The translations under genes were made by a program, and so were the position numbers. A stretch of 64,000 nucleotides of DNA from positions 46,361,651-46,425,650 of the forward strand of contig JASCQW010000099.1 of NCBI GenBank assembly GCA_030264375.1, given 5' to 3'. The stretch comes from Carcharhinus longimanus. Its lineage: Eukaryota. The notes under the pieces were generated by a model. That model saw nothing but the letters and a program-made list of their open reading frames with translations. It was not told where the DNA came from and made no database searches. Shown here piece by piece: positions 12,100 through 25,897 of the stretch; position 1 is the first letter of the stretch; each line of letters opens with the position of its first letter.

Positions 12100-12422
12100 G
12101 ACAGCATGGTAGCACAGTGGTTTGCACTGCTGCTTCACAGGTCCAGGGACCTGGGGGTTCAATTCCTGGCTTGGATCACTGTCTGTATGGAGTTTGCACA
12201 TTCTCCTCATGTCTGCGTGTGTTTCCTCTGGGTGCTTTGGTTTCCTCCCACAGTCCAAAGATGTGCAGGTTAGGTTGATTGGCCATGTTAAAATTGCCCC
12301 TTAGTGTCCTGAGATGTGTGGATTAGCTGTTGGATATGGGTTAGGGCCTGGATGGGATTGTGGTCGGTGCAGACTCGATAGGTCAAATGACCTCCTTCTG
12401 CATTGTACGGTTTCTATGATTC
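12100..12422 (+). mobile_element. HE1-type V-SINE
   Basis: Same head, V-domain and TTCTATGATTCT tail as the 8953 copy. Confidence 0.9.
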
Positions 12423-13534
12423 TTCTAATTATATTAGTTCATTATTCAAAATCAATAGAGGGGTTCATGTTTTATCTTGTATTCAGGAGAAAGGACATTA
12501 TGGATTGAGATAAATGATATAAGTGTTTCCTTGCAAACAATGCCAAACGATAATACACAAAACCAGATTAGCTAGTCAACCTATCAAATTAAAGGATTAG
12601 AAATTTGGCTCTGTTCCATGACCTGGCATTATGGAAGCCAGAACCCCACCAAATGGTGTGAGTGATGCTCCGAGCTGCTACTGGCTTGGTCTGCGTGGTG
12701 CCTCATGCTGAAAGGAATGCTGGTGTGGGTGTGTGTTGTGTGGCGCTGGAAGCTTCCCAATTGACCAGACTGTGACATCAAACAGATACGCTCACTGATC
12801 TAAATGCAACTTAGACCATACAAGTCTACTCATCACACACTCACTTGTCACTCACCGACATGCATTAAGTTGCAAGACGGTCCCACTACATCTGGTGATA
12901 TTTAAATGTCAGGCATCCAACTTGCAGGTCAGATGATTTAGACAAACTTCCATTATTACAAAGCTTTGGAAGAGTAGTTTCTGTATTGAGTTGTTGAATT
13001 TGGCAGGGAGTGTTATTGTAGGAGTCAAGAGAATTGATGACCTATCCACATAAAAGGCCCATAGCAGGTATAGGGACTTCAGGTGCGGTACCTCAGGGTG
13101 TGCAGCATGACAGGGGGATGGAGCAGAGGCTCCCGATAGGGCAAACTCTGCATTGAGGCATGAGGAGAAGGAAAAAGATGAAAATGTACCAGAAAAGCTT
13201 CACTCTGGACACATTGCACATGAGTGCCTATTCAAACTTTGGTTTTCTTAGGATGGCAGCACTTCTCCCCAATTCCTCACCTTCCCATTCATGTGTTACT
13301 TTCACTTACAGACTTCTTTTGACAAAAATCCTGTAATAGAAGCCATCCACAAAAATGTTGCAATGAGGTCTTTATCAAATAATATATCCAATCATACAGC
13401 TAAAATTAACTATTTACTCTTGGCAATCCTCTTGGTGCTTATTTTACATTTGCCTTTTCTAATGTTCCTGCACAATGGCAGCAGTATGCCTCATCAAAGG
13501 CTGCTGACTTTCACTGGGAACAACTAGAAGTGAC

Positions 13535-13900
13535 TTTGCAGTTCACGCACAAGCAGCTCTTGTCCTTGAGGTTTCTGCCTCAAAATACACCATTTTGCTT
13601 GGCATAGGTGGTGGCAGTCTGGGTTGGCTAACCTTGGAGAAAGGACAAGAGCACCACCAGAATGGCAGTAGTGGAAATGTTGCCATCCTCTGAGGGGACT
13701 GAGTGTTCATGTTCCAGGATGCCGCTACCCATGTGATATGGAACACTTTGCCTGCAGAGGAGAAAGTGAAAGGTTAATGATGGTGTTGCACTGGATTTGG
13801 CTGATGTGCTTGCAACACTCGACTCAAATGAGGTAAATGTAAACACCAAGAGCTGGGTATCCGTCTGGAATCATTGGAATATGTATGAGGGAGAAGTGGA
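13535..13900 (-). mobile_element. Decayed RTE-clade LINE, 5' / endonuclease-start region
   Basis: Minus strand gives VAASWNMNT, similar to the WNVRT motif at the start of AP endonucleases. Heavily decayed. Confidence 0.4.
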
Positions 13901-16154
13901 CTCCATGGATGTTTGTGTAAGTTCTGGGCATTAGGGTGGATGATAGGGGTGTTTTGAACAGCATAAATTGAATGTATGATGGGTAGGAGATGTCCTTTAA
14001 AGATACAGTAATTGAACTTGGCCACATGCATGAGGTCAAGAAACATTTCATGGCATTGAGCTAGGTCCTCAGGACTCAATTATGCTAAAAATATTCAAAC
14101 TATCACAAATGTTCTAAATATTACCAATTAAAATATTTCACTTCAAGGAACAGAGTATGAATCACAAATACACACAAACAAGCTTTTCCTTTTGAGGAGT
14201 GTACATGATTATAAATACTTGTTTTTGAGTTCTAAAAAAAAAAGAAAAATTCATATACTAATAAATGAATTAGCAAGCTTTGAATTTTGCTTACAAATGT
14301 AAAGCTAATAGATTTTCAGGTATTCCAATGTATATGCAGCCCCTGGATCCTGAGCATCACCAGAATGTGCATATACCATAAAGATTTACTAAGAAAATAA
14401 AATGTCACACTGAGATATCAGAAATGTTGTCAGTAAGCGACAAAAACAGCAGCATCACTCGTGATGAGGGTGCAATAATCTCAGAAACATTGACAATGAG
14501 CGAGAGCAAAAAAACAATAGCAACAGTGACAAAAATAGAAAATGCTGGATATACTCAGCAGGTTGTGAAGAAAACACAATAAAGATAATAATGTTTGCTT
14601 AGCTCAACTATAACCACAGATAGCCAGCATCTTGGTATGTTCATAAACAACCTCCCTTTATTTTGAAATTTTTGGATTACTGCACAATGCTAAAAAGAAT
14701 TAATTGAGAGTAACAGACACATCAGAGTGACTTGCATGGATTTAACCAAATTAACAAGCGTTAAGGAAAGTCTTGCATCCAGTGTGCATTCATCATACAT
14801 CAGACATCACATTTTATTATGAATACTGGACAATCCACAATGAAAAGAGAAAGAAATCCAATCACTGATCTGGAACTTGACATTTAAAAGAACCCTGGAC
14901 TGCATCTTGACTGACCTCAATTACTTACAATTGCTTACTTAGAGCAGTTAACTGTACCGGCCATGATAGAGTTGGTTATCATAGCCATCGTACCTATCTA
15001 ATTGAACTGTCTGTATTTAGATTCACTGCCAGGGGCTGCATCCATCCTAAATATTCACAAGCATATATCTTACTTTGTTATGATATATTTTATATAACAT
15101 GTTAGATTTACAGCTTTCTGTACTATTTGTCAAGGTATTAGTGATCAATTTAAACAAAAACATTGCTGCCATTATTTAGACGTAAATTAAATCATTAAAT
15201 TATTTTGCATCCAGGAAACAGCACAAGCAAAGCTAAGTAGTCATTATTTTCACTTACAGTTTTTGGGGAGTTTTAATGAATCACATAAATGAGTGTTACG
15301 CTGTCTAATTGCAAACTTAGCTGTCTTTAAATATTTAACAGTTAATTCATTTCAAAGAGAACTGTTTTTAATTCTGTATTTGCAACATTCAGTTGGACGC
15401 TTTGTATGAAATTATTATTTTACTACGATTGTGGTTTGGGCTGTGAAGGGAGTGACTAATTAAAACCTTGAAAAATAAAATAGCGCTAAAGCTGCTTTGC
15501 AGCTTTTCTCGTAGTCTGCTGAAGCTGAAAACAAGGTTTGGAGCTGAACAGCTGTGACACCAGCTGTTAGACTGTCAGAAGTATCTCACCATGTTGAATA
15601 TTATCAGAGTGGGAAGTATGGTTCAATTGCTTCAGTCCATCCATATCAAATTACAGCAAACTGTCCCTTGGAAAAAAAACAGGCTATGCTATTAGTTCCC
15701 ATAATGTTTTTACATTGGCTTGGTTGACAATGGTTTGACAATGCACCAAATTGATTTTACAAGGATATTTCCTGCATTAAGGGCTGGATTCTTCCGGCAG
15801 GTGTTGAGCCCAAATACAGATGCTGAGCCTGCCTGTGCCGTCAACATGCCCTCTCGCCTTCTGGGAGATTGCCTCCAAATTGGCTGCCTCCGTGCTCGCC
15901 ATCCAATTAAGGACTGTGAGTAGGCCCCCAAGCCCGGAGCCAAAGGAAAGTCAGGCTGGCAGCCCCACAGGTCAGGCGGGTGCTTTTGAGATAAGCAGGA
16001 GGGTGCGCGGGAGATCCCCATTATCGATGCACCCTCATGGCCTACATAAAGGTAATAAAATAAAGAGGTCCTAAGCTGGTCGGGCTATTGGTGTATAGGT
16101 GAAGCTTACCACATGCGTGGCCATCGATAGCTGGCCACGTAGTGTGGTGAAGAA

Positions 16155-16510
16155 TCTTTTTTTCATTCATTCATGGGACATAGGCATTGTTGGCTAGCCA
16201 GCATTTATTTCCCATTTGTAGTTGCCTGAGGGCACTTGAGAGTCAACCATTTTGCTGTAGCTCTGGAATCACATAAAGGTCAGATCTGGTTAGGACCACA
16301 GATTTCCTTCCCTAAAGGGCATTAGTGAACCAGTTGGGATTTTCTGACAATCAACAATTGTTTCATGATCATCAGTAGATTCTTAATTCCAGATATTTTT
16401 TATTGAATTCAATTTCCACCATCTCCTATGGGAATCTTGGTCCCTAGAACATTAGCTGAGTTTCTGGATTAATAGCCTAGCGATAATACCACTAGGCCGT
16501 TGCTTCCCCC
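16155..16510 (-). mobile_element. tRNA-derived SINE (second family), near full length
   Basis: Minus strand starts GGGGAAGCAACGGCCTAGTGGTATTATCGCTAGGCT (A-box-like) and ends CCCATGAATGAATGAAAAAA (LINE-type tail). Confidence 0.75.
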
Positions 16511-17624
16511 GAGAAGTTGCCTCGCTTGAAATGGAACTTCTATACGTATTCGAAAGGCAGTAAAATTTTGTGACCGCCTGGTCACAAAATGGCCCTATTT
16601 GTGGATCTTAATTGTGTTAATTAGAAGCCAATCAATCCAGTTCAAGACCTAATCTTGGGAAACTTCCCAGAGATCAAAATGCATTTGGGAGCCATCTGAA
16701 CCCCTGACACTTATTTCCTCCTTCCATTGCCTATAACTTTCATCTCCTGGGGCTAGATAAATTCAGTCCTGAGTGTGAAATGCTTTTAAAGTCAGGAAAT
16801 AAATAATACATGAATATCTGCAAATTGTATTAACCATTTGGGACTGCATGTGGTATTGACATTTGTGAGATAATAGAACTTTCATAATCAGCATGGGATT
16901 TAAATATTGCATGAAGGTGACTAGTCTTCCCATCTCTCTGCAGACATTCTTAAACACACAATTTACCTTGCCAAAGGATGGTTTATATTCTATTTACTAT
17001 AAATATAAGTTTAAATAGAAAACACATTCATTTTTCTCAGTGGTATTATCACTTCCTTTGCTGCAGGAACAAAATGGTTATGCATCATTACCATTAGTCA
17101 CCTATTGTCATAGGGTCTGTGACTGACCTTCACACCTAAGGCAGGAACATGAATGCTGAGATTGTGATTCAGACTGTCTATGGATCACTTGAGGTTTGCA
17201 GATACAGATGGATATCTGAAGGATTAATTCACCCATCATTTGATGGCATTTCCTTCAACAAGGCTCACCTTATCTTCCTTCAGGCCACAATAACTTGAAA
17301 CATGGCACTGCATTGGCCACTCACAAGTAGTAAGATTGAACATCGAAAGTTATTACTGTCAAAAGTTTTAACATCTGATTTGCCTCTTTAAACACATAGC
17401 ATCCTGTCTCCCCAGCATTGGATTTGAGGGGATACCCCCAAAGATGTCCTAGGGAATCCCCCTTGGAGATTTTCAGGTAAGGCTTTATGCGGCTATTGTC
17501 TAACTATCCCATGTGGTATTGCACTGGGCTGGGGAACCATCCCACAAAGTGATTTAAATGGCTAACTTCAGATGGTTCTTCCAGTTTTACACCAATAGTT
17601 ACTCTGAAATTAAAAAGAAATAAA

Positions 17625-18490
17625 TTTCTTTGCTTTGATTTAGTTTAATTGGATTTATGATTGCCATGTGTATTAATATACAATGAAAAGTATTGTTTCT
17701 TGCGCACTATGCAGACAGAGCATACCATACATAGAGAAGGAAAGGAGACAGTATAGAACGTAATGTCACAGTCATAGCTAGGGTGTTGAGAAAGATCAAC
17801 TTAATGTGAGGTAGGTCCTTTCAAAGTCTGATGGCAGCAAGGAAGAAGCTGTTTTTGAGTTGGTTGGTACATGTCCTCAGACTATTGTAACATTTTCTGG
17901 ACAGTGAAAGTGAAAGAGAGTATATCCAAGTGTCCTTAGTTATGCTGGCTGCTTTTCTGAGGCAACAAAGAGTGTAGATAGTGTCAATGGATAGAAGGCT
18001 GGTTTCAGTGATGAACTGGGCTTCATTCATGATCTTTTGTAATTTCTTGTGGTCTTGGACACAGCAGGAGCCATACCAAACTGTGATACAACCAGAAGGA
18101 ATGCTTTCTATTGTGTATCTGTAAAAGTTCTGAGAGTCATAGCAGACATGTCAAATTTCCTTACTCTTCTGAGAAAGTAGAGGCTTTGTGGGCTTCCTTA
18201 ACTATAGCGTCGGCTTGGAGGGACAAGACGAGTTGTTGGTGACCTGGACATGAAAAATTTGAAGCTCTCGCCCATTTCCACTTCATCCCTGTTGATTAGA
18301 CTGAGACATACCCTCCACTGGGCTTCCTGAAGTCAATGACTATCTTCTTTATTTTGTTGACGTTGAGGGAGAGATTATTTTTGCCTCACCAGTTCACCAG
18401 ATTCTCTATCTCACTCCTATACTCTGTCTCGTCACTGTTTGAGATCTGACCCACTACGGCGGTGTCATCAACAAACTCGAAAATCAAGTT
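17625..18490 (-). mobile_element. Rex1/Babar-clade LINE 3' fragment (RT core to tail)
   Basis: Minus strand gives FVDDTAVVGQISNSDETEYR (RT catalytic motif) near 18470 and TNQLKNSFFLAAIRL, typical of the Rex1 C-terminus. The tail is (AAATC)n-like. Confidence 0.8.
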
Positions 18491-21206
18491 CTAACTTTCT
18501 AGCTTCAGTGTAACTATTTGAAATATCCAGACCAAGCCCCACAAGGGACACACCACACAATCTGGACACCTGATTAATCAACCCCAGAGTATCCCCAACT
18601 GCACCCCCCCCCCCCCAAAGTCACACCACCCCTCGCCCTGAANNNNNNNNNNCTCGGACCGCCCCCCAGAACCCCAAACTTCCATATAATTCCCTGCGCA
18701 CTTCTCCTTCAGGTTCACTGGGCCCCTTTAAACCAACCTGCTTTCTGGCAGCCAATGTGGTAAAAAAGGGGACACAGCCTCAATGAGCTTGCTGATGTTG
18801 CACTGTGCTGGGGCCTACAGGGACTCGCTTGCTACAGATTCCAAACAGCTCCAGCCAGTGGAGGTTTCGACAAAGTTTTCTATAGCAGATCAGTGTGCTT
18901 TAGACTCTTTTAATTTCAGCGGGATATCACTTTACACCACTGGATGGAAGTTATTGCCTACCATGCAATGGATCATTGCACTAAAGGGAAGTACATCGTA
19001 CTAGGGTGTCAATAGAGGCATTATAATTAGTCTTGTGTCTCTTGACAGAAGGTGGAAAATATTTAAGCAGAATTCACAATCCTATTTGCTGCTGGCTCAA
19101 GAGATGGATGTAAAGAATGAACAGGATTAGGGTCAATTGTGGTGCAAACCCATGCCTGTGTGAAAGCTCATGACAAAAGTACATGAGATGATGTACTAAA
19201 ATCCTGATAGCCTCTNNNNNNNNNNNNNNNNNNNNNNNNNNNNNNNNNNNNNNNNNNNNNNNNNNNNNNNNNNNNNNNNNNNNNNNNNNNNNNNNNNNNN
19301 NNNNNNNNNNNNNNNGCCAAATTAGGCTAATTTCAGAACGTGACTGGAATTTTCCAGTCAGACCAAAAGGGTAAGTGCTCCAGTTAGGCTTTGAGGTCCT
19401 TCCAAACCGGTTGCAGTCTGTCCTGAAAAGAGTGGGGGCGGGTTCCTCAATCAGTGGTCATTGATATTTTGGATTTTGTTGCAGTTGCTGAGGAGGCATC
19501 TCAAGGTGGGGATGCCTCTCCCTTACCTACAACAGCACTCTGCAGCTTCCTCCATGCTGGAGAGCCTTTTATTGGCCCTCCATCTTTGAGAGTAGTTCAC
19601 ATCCTCTTTTGGATCATGAATGTGCCTTCTGGTCGCTAACTGGCCAGTGCAGAGAAAATCACGCTCCCCACTTTGCCCCTTTGTTGGCTTCTGGCTTAGT
19701 CTTAAAACTGTGAGAAGCAATAAACTTGATCATTAAGTTACCTATGGCTGTGCACAGACCGATCAAGGCACTGAACTACTGAATGTCAGCCCATATGATG
19801 GATCCAGAGTGCAACCTTGAAAAATAAAACAATTATCGAATAATCTAAAGCGAGGAAATAAATGTCAAGTGACACAAGTGTAAGAAAAAGGCATAATAAA
19901 AATCACAGCACAAAAAGCAATCTTATTCAGTGCCTCATTCTCTCTGTGTCACAGTCTTAGAAATTTGCAAAAACTCAGATTCCAGGTTTTTGACACTAAT
20001 TGCTTGCCTGTCAACAACAAAATATTTGTTGTGATTTTTGAGAAATATTTACTAACCATTTATTCACAGCTTGTGGCAGCCCAATTCCACTTCACTTTTC
20101 ACTTCTGCATCAGTCTTTGCTGGGTTATAGTCACTTCTGATTGTCAATTGCAGCCAATGACCCAGTGGCCCTACTAAATACATGTAGATAGATGCAGTAA
20201 CATTGGACCTAATTGTTGACCTGCAGTCATCATTTCAATATTAAAATGGTCATTTACTGTTCTTTGTACGTACATCCGATAACTCGCCCTTTTTCCATGC
20301 CCTTGTGAATATGCTTGCAGTCATTTTGATATCTATTTCTATCATTTATATGCCTAGAAGTTTGTTGCCAACACAGAGCTTCCGTGCTAGATGTGTGCCA
20401 TTTGCTTTATTGGTAAAAGCTATCCATCTATAACAGGATTAGACTGTGCGTGCATTTCAGGAATCCTTACCACTGCTGGACTGCAGTGTCCAGGTGGCCT
20501 AACCACCAATCTTCAAAGGAGTGTGTGCTGCACCCTGGCTCCATGGCAATCCCAATCATGATAGACTCTACTCAGACATCTCCCTGATGTAACTGCCTCT
20601 ACCCACTTGCAATTGCCTGTCACCTCACAATTCTGATTGCTTACCATCCTCCTCCCTCCCCCCCTAGGAATTTGCTGAGTCTCACTGCTGATGACATGTT
20701 GTCCTCAGGCCTTGCAACAAAATTTAATTCTGTTTTGCCGGCAAGCAACTTGGGATGTGTGGCTAGTGTCATTGTTCTTATTTAAATGTAGCCTAAATGT
20801 GCTTTGGGCCTGCTAGTTCACTACCAATTCCCTGTTTCACCAATTCCATCCTCCAATATTTCTGAAGATATTGCCAATACAGATTCTCAGAGTGTGTTAC
20901 ACTACTATGCAATGTTCAATTATAAACTTACCATGATATCCTTAATGAATCTCGCAGAGTTAACAGGTTTTTAGACACACTTACAAGTACAATAGACTGA
21001 CCTGAAACATAGATAGTAAGCTGTGATGTGCTCTATCACCACATTGTTAAACCCCATCCTATTTATTTTATATGATTCAGTTTTATTCGTTGTGAGAAAA
21101 GTTTTCTTTTGCTTGTATTCAGATATCCAAATTTAAAGTTTCCTTTGTTACTGTAGGCAAAAAAAAATTGTTGGAAAGTATTCTGGTTGTACAGAACCAA
21201 TTGTGT

Positions 21207-21510
21207 ATAGAATCATAGAAGCCCTACAGTGCAGAACGATGCCATTGGGCCTATCAAGCCTTCACTAACAACAATCACACCCAGACCCTATCCCTGAAAC
21301 CTCACATATTTATCCTGCTAATCTCCCTGACACAAAAGGACAATTTAGCTTGGCCAGTCAACCTAACCGGCACATCTTTGGAGTGGGGAAGGAAACCGGA
21401 GCACCCAGAGGAAACCCATATAGGCACAGGAAGAATGTGCCTCACCAAGGCCGGAATTGAACTTGGGTCCTTGGCGCTGTGAACCAGCAGTGCTAGCCAC
21501 TGTGCCACCC
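21207..21510 (-). mobile_element. HE1-type V-SINE
   Basis: ATAGAATCATAGAA tail, V-domain, and CAGTGCTAGCCACTGTGCCACC head in reverse. Confidence 0.9.
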
Positions 21511-22419
21511 AGACCTTGTACCACACAATTAGATAGAAATCTAATGGATAAAAAGTGCCGATGCTGAAAATCATTTACAAAAATAGGCAATACTGTAAAC
21601 TGTCAGCAAGCATCAATAGGAAGAACAGACAGGTAAATATTTCACTATGTACTTTCCTTCAAACATTTGGAAGAAGGCTCTGTGCCCAAAACATGAACCT
21701 GTTTGTATGTTCAATGATGCTGCCCGTTTTGCAACATTTTTTTGTTTTAGTTGTGGAACATTGCTGATGAGTGAACAGTTTGAAGAGTTAATCTCTGAAA
21801 AAAATGGTGTTGAGGTAAAAACAAGTACTTCCAAATAAGACTACAGGAGTGTAACGTACATCCACTTTCATGATTTCAGAGCAGATTACATCCACAGTCA
21901 CTCAGCACTGACAGCCTGTTATGTCTGCAGCTGGAGGTAAACATACCATGTGTCATCTGCATGCTGCTGTCTCTAAAATTCAACTGACTATAAAATATAG
22001 CTGAAGGGAGCCTGGGTTAACATGAACTGGCAGGTAGCAACATTCTCAGCCCTCCTAAAATGCCAAAGGGACGAGTGTTACCCAGACCCAATGAACTCAA
22101 TGCTCCATTCAGCTTGTTCAAACAAAACTCCGGGGAAGAAATAGCTTTGATCCAGCCGGCCAATAACAACATCGATCATGCAGAGCTGTGTCTGACCATC
22201 AGTGTAGGTGTCTGCAAATATTAATTAATTAGCATCACATGTATTGTAGTATAATATGAAGCAGGTTGATTTTGTACAATCAATTAAAATCACGAGAAAG
22301 ATGGAACAGCTTGTTAAAGTAGCTGATAAGCTCAGTTTTGTTGTTGCTTTGTGCCTTATCTACATCCTCTTTGGGGAGAGAGGCTTGACTGTGCCATTTT
22401 GCTGCTGTCTTATAGATAG

Positions 22420-22548
22420 TGGCTGGAATTTTACCAGCATACCTGCCCCGATTCCGGGGGTGGGCAAGGCTCAGAGAATGGTACTCTCCGTTGGCCTCAG
22501 GCAGGATTGTACGAAACTCAGGTGGACATGCAGTAAAATTCTGCCCAC
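22420..22548. mobile_element. Short MITE-like element
   Basis: Inverted termini GGCTGGAATTTTACC / AGTAAAATTCTGCCC around a GC-richer core. Confidence 0.55.
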
Positions 22549-24909
22549 TATCAGGAGTTAGTGTTTGAGTGTACTGAATTTTGCTATAAAAGTAGAGAGC
22601 CAGAGGACAACCATTTGGCTCTCTGTGCTTACATGACCACACTCAGCAGCCTTATCCCAAAGACAAGTTTGTAGACCCACATCTTTATGAATCTATGATG
22701 CCATAACCTATGGCATACATAATCAAACTGCAATAGTTAATGTAAATGCACTTAAATGCACATTGTTACTAATATTTGATGTAACAGTAGGTGGATGGAG
22801 TCATCGGGCCTCAACGACTTCATTCAGAAAATAATTATTTAAACTTAATATGTGCAAAAGGAATTAACTCGATAATTCTAAAGAAGAAATCTTCCAAAAG
22901 CAGAAAATGTGTACTCTCAAAACAATGCTTGCAACATTTGTGGGCTAGTTTTAGTCTGGTCAAAACCAGCCATAACAAAATGTTTCATTTTGAATTTATT
23001 CCATTTTAACTGTTTGAGTTTTGATGCACTGATCGACAATATGGGAGTACTCATGTACAACCTTCTCAGATTGTGCACCACTGTACACATTACTAACGCA
23101 TCCGATCATTGTTTCTTTTCTGCCTCCTTAAAATGAGTTGCAGTATCTCATGATAGGAAGCTGTTTCATTCCAGATTATATTGCAGATCTGTCCAAAAGT
23201 AATTTCCACAGCAGTTTGAAATAAAATGATAAATTATTAGATGACAGAGAATAGCATATTTAAAATTCACACAGAGCATTAGGTTTGCCTCACAGCAATG
23301 CTTTGATTTTACTGAATAGTTGATTGGCCTCGGACCTTAGATTCGGACTATTGCAGTATCACACAAACAGAAACTTTCTTTTCATTGTTGTGTCAAGTTT
23401 ATCATGCAACTGCATAAAACAGTGGTAGCATTTCTGGTTGACTGATATGCGCCATCTGAAATGTGATTTAGTGAGTCTTTCCTTTAAGTTGAAGTTTGTT
23501 CAAATATTAAAACTTCTGCTTTACTTATTTCGAACAGTTAACATTGTACTTTCAAATTAAAAATAGAAAATGACAGTGATATAGGCACGTGACAAAAACT
23601 CATGAAGCCTCATGGCAATGTTGTTGTGTGACACTATTCAAATTAAGTTGCAACTTTGGATAGTTATTTAATAAAATGAATAGAGTCCAGTATATCATCT
23701 GCCAAGGAAGTGTTATTCCCAACATCAACAAGCTAAATTTAGAAAATATACCTCCAGTGGATTGTCATTGATTCACCAGTAATCTGCAGTCTTCCTGTTC
23801 CTAGTATTTGAGTGTAACAATAAGCTTTTGTGTTAGTTAGTTCTAAAGTTGATCATTTCCATCTGAAATGGTTAATGCAGCTTGTCAGCACAAGAATGTT
23901 TTTACACTGAACAAACATAAAATACCTCTGCTGGATAAGGGACCTTTGCTGATAACCTCTTAAATTATTCTTTCATCTGTGGCGTAAGTATCTTGGACTA
24001 AAAATACTTCTCTCTAACAATATTGTCTTCCTCTAATAACATTCTGTAATGCAACATCCAATCATTAACATATTCAGCCTGCAACCAGTAATTTGTCTGA
24101 CTCATTCTGGATATATTAATTAGTCTAATTCAGTGTTTTTGAAAACTAATTAAATAGATTCTAATTGTATAACAGACAAGAGCTATATTATGTTGTAAAA
24201 ATGTTAGCTCTACCCTTTAGTTTCATTAAATTGCATTGCAGATGGCATCAATCTAATTTTATATTTGCCCTGCTGGCTTTGTTACTGTTCTGTTTTAAGT
24301 TTCAGTTAAGCGACATGCAGTACAACTCACATGTGATGTTAAACATTTGTATGAAGTCCATTTTGGTCTGGTGTCTTGTTATCCTTGACCTCACTCAGCA
24401 CAATAGTGTTGACCTTCTCTGAAACCTTTTAGTATTTCAGTTTCTGTGTGCCCACTCCACCCAAGAAATTCACAACGTCCATGGCCGCTTCGTAGAAACA
24501 AAATTGATATATTAATCCAATATTCCCACATTTGTCAAAACATTTTTATTCTTTTATTACAGGAGGTCCATATTGAAGTGGGTAATCAGATCCAGCTTTA
24601 TAATTGAGTTATATACTCAAAAGCTGTATTTAGAATATGTTTTAGTTGCCACCATGATGTGGGAACAAAGTGGGAAATTAGTTTCAGGACATTTTAAAAG
24701 AAAATTAGGTTGGTCATCTCAGACACAGAACAACTTTATAAAGTTACAGCTTTTTATTATCCCTAATAGCAGAGTTTAAGCCATTGCTGCAGCTCTGCAC
24801 TCAGTTGCATCGTATATTGTATTCATTTCTAAAAATGCTGACAGAGAGATTTGTGGAAATAACTTCATCCATGCTGTCCCTTGCAGTAAATGTCTGCCTT
24901 TTGACATGT

Positions 24910-25040
24910 GGATTGGAATTCTCTGGCCGTTCACACCCCGCTGCTGCTAGTGAGGATGGAGAATTTGGCGCTCAACCAAATCTCTGTTCAGTGCAGCGAG
25001 ACCAAAGAATCCCACTGGTGTGAATGGCCGGAGAAACCCA
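24910..25040 (+). mobile_element. Short MITE-like element
   Basis: Internal inverted arms TTCTCTGGCCGTTCACACC / GGTGTGAATGGCCGGAGAA. Related to 6745-6880. Confidence 0.6.
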
Positions 25041-25767
25041 TCCGTGGTTTCAGATCCCAACTTAAACAGAGATCATTATTGTTATTGTAACCTGATAGCG
25101 TGAAGAGGTGTCAAACCCACATCTTTCTGTGAGGACACACCTTCTATTACAGTGCTACAAAGAATGACCACATCTTCACAAAGTAGGGAATATGTTGATT
25201 AAGAACATTCTGTGGCATTAAATATTACTTGGAATTACTTGTCTATGTTGACAGCGATAATAAATTGTAATTGAAGATAGCTAAAGATAACTGCCCTTAA
25301 AAATTCTATGGCGCTCTATGGTCTAACATGCGTTCAATATGTTATTTTTTGCCCTAACCAAGGTGTTCAATTATACAGTCATTAAGACTCACTGGTGCAA
25401 GTCTGATATAGAACAGGAACAAGACAAGAAAATAAACTGGTACAACTAGAAAACGTGTGTGCATTTGACCTGCTGCATAACTGCGGCTCAGGAGACCAAG
25501 ATACTGACTCAATTCCTTCAATCACGATTGTAGAGCATAATAATAAATTGCTCATCACATCACATGGTTAAAAAACCTGCTTTGTTTTATCATGAAAGTC
25601 AGTTATTTATTGTGATCTGNNNNNNNNNNTGATGCCAGCAAATGCAATTCAAGCTTAATTGGAAATTAATGCTTCAGCTGCTGTGTGTTTCTATGCAACA
25701 GCAGGTACAATGTACATCATGGATGCATAGGGAAATTGATGTTGATCTTGTTGAATAAGACATTGAA

Positions 25768-25897
25768 AGGGATTCTCTGGCTGCGCTCGCCCATAAATCG
25801 AGGTCAGTGGACCTTTGCATGGTCCCACTTGAGGTCAATGGACCTTTGCATGGTCTGTTCCCCGCCTACCTGTGGTGGGCAGGATGAGAGAATTCAT
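25768..25897 (+). mobile_element. Short MITE-like element with an internal ~30-bp tandem duplication
   Basis: GAGGTCA(G/A)TGGACCTTTGCATGGTC occurs twice. The same core recurs at ~43590 and ~63260. Confidence 0.55.

Noticed and set aside
16565-16590. Perfect 11-bp hairpin ATTTTGTGACC-gcct-GGTCACAAAAT
   Set aside because: Too short for a pre-miRNA and embedded in MITE-like sequence; probably a local inversion or repair scar.
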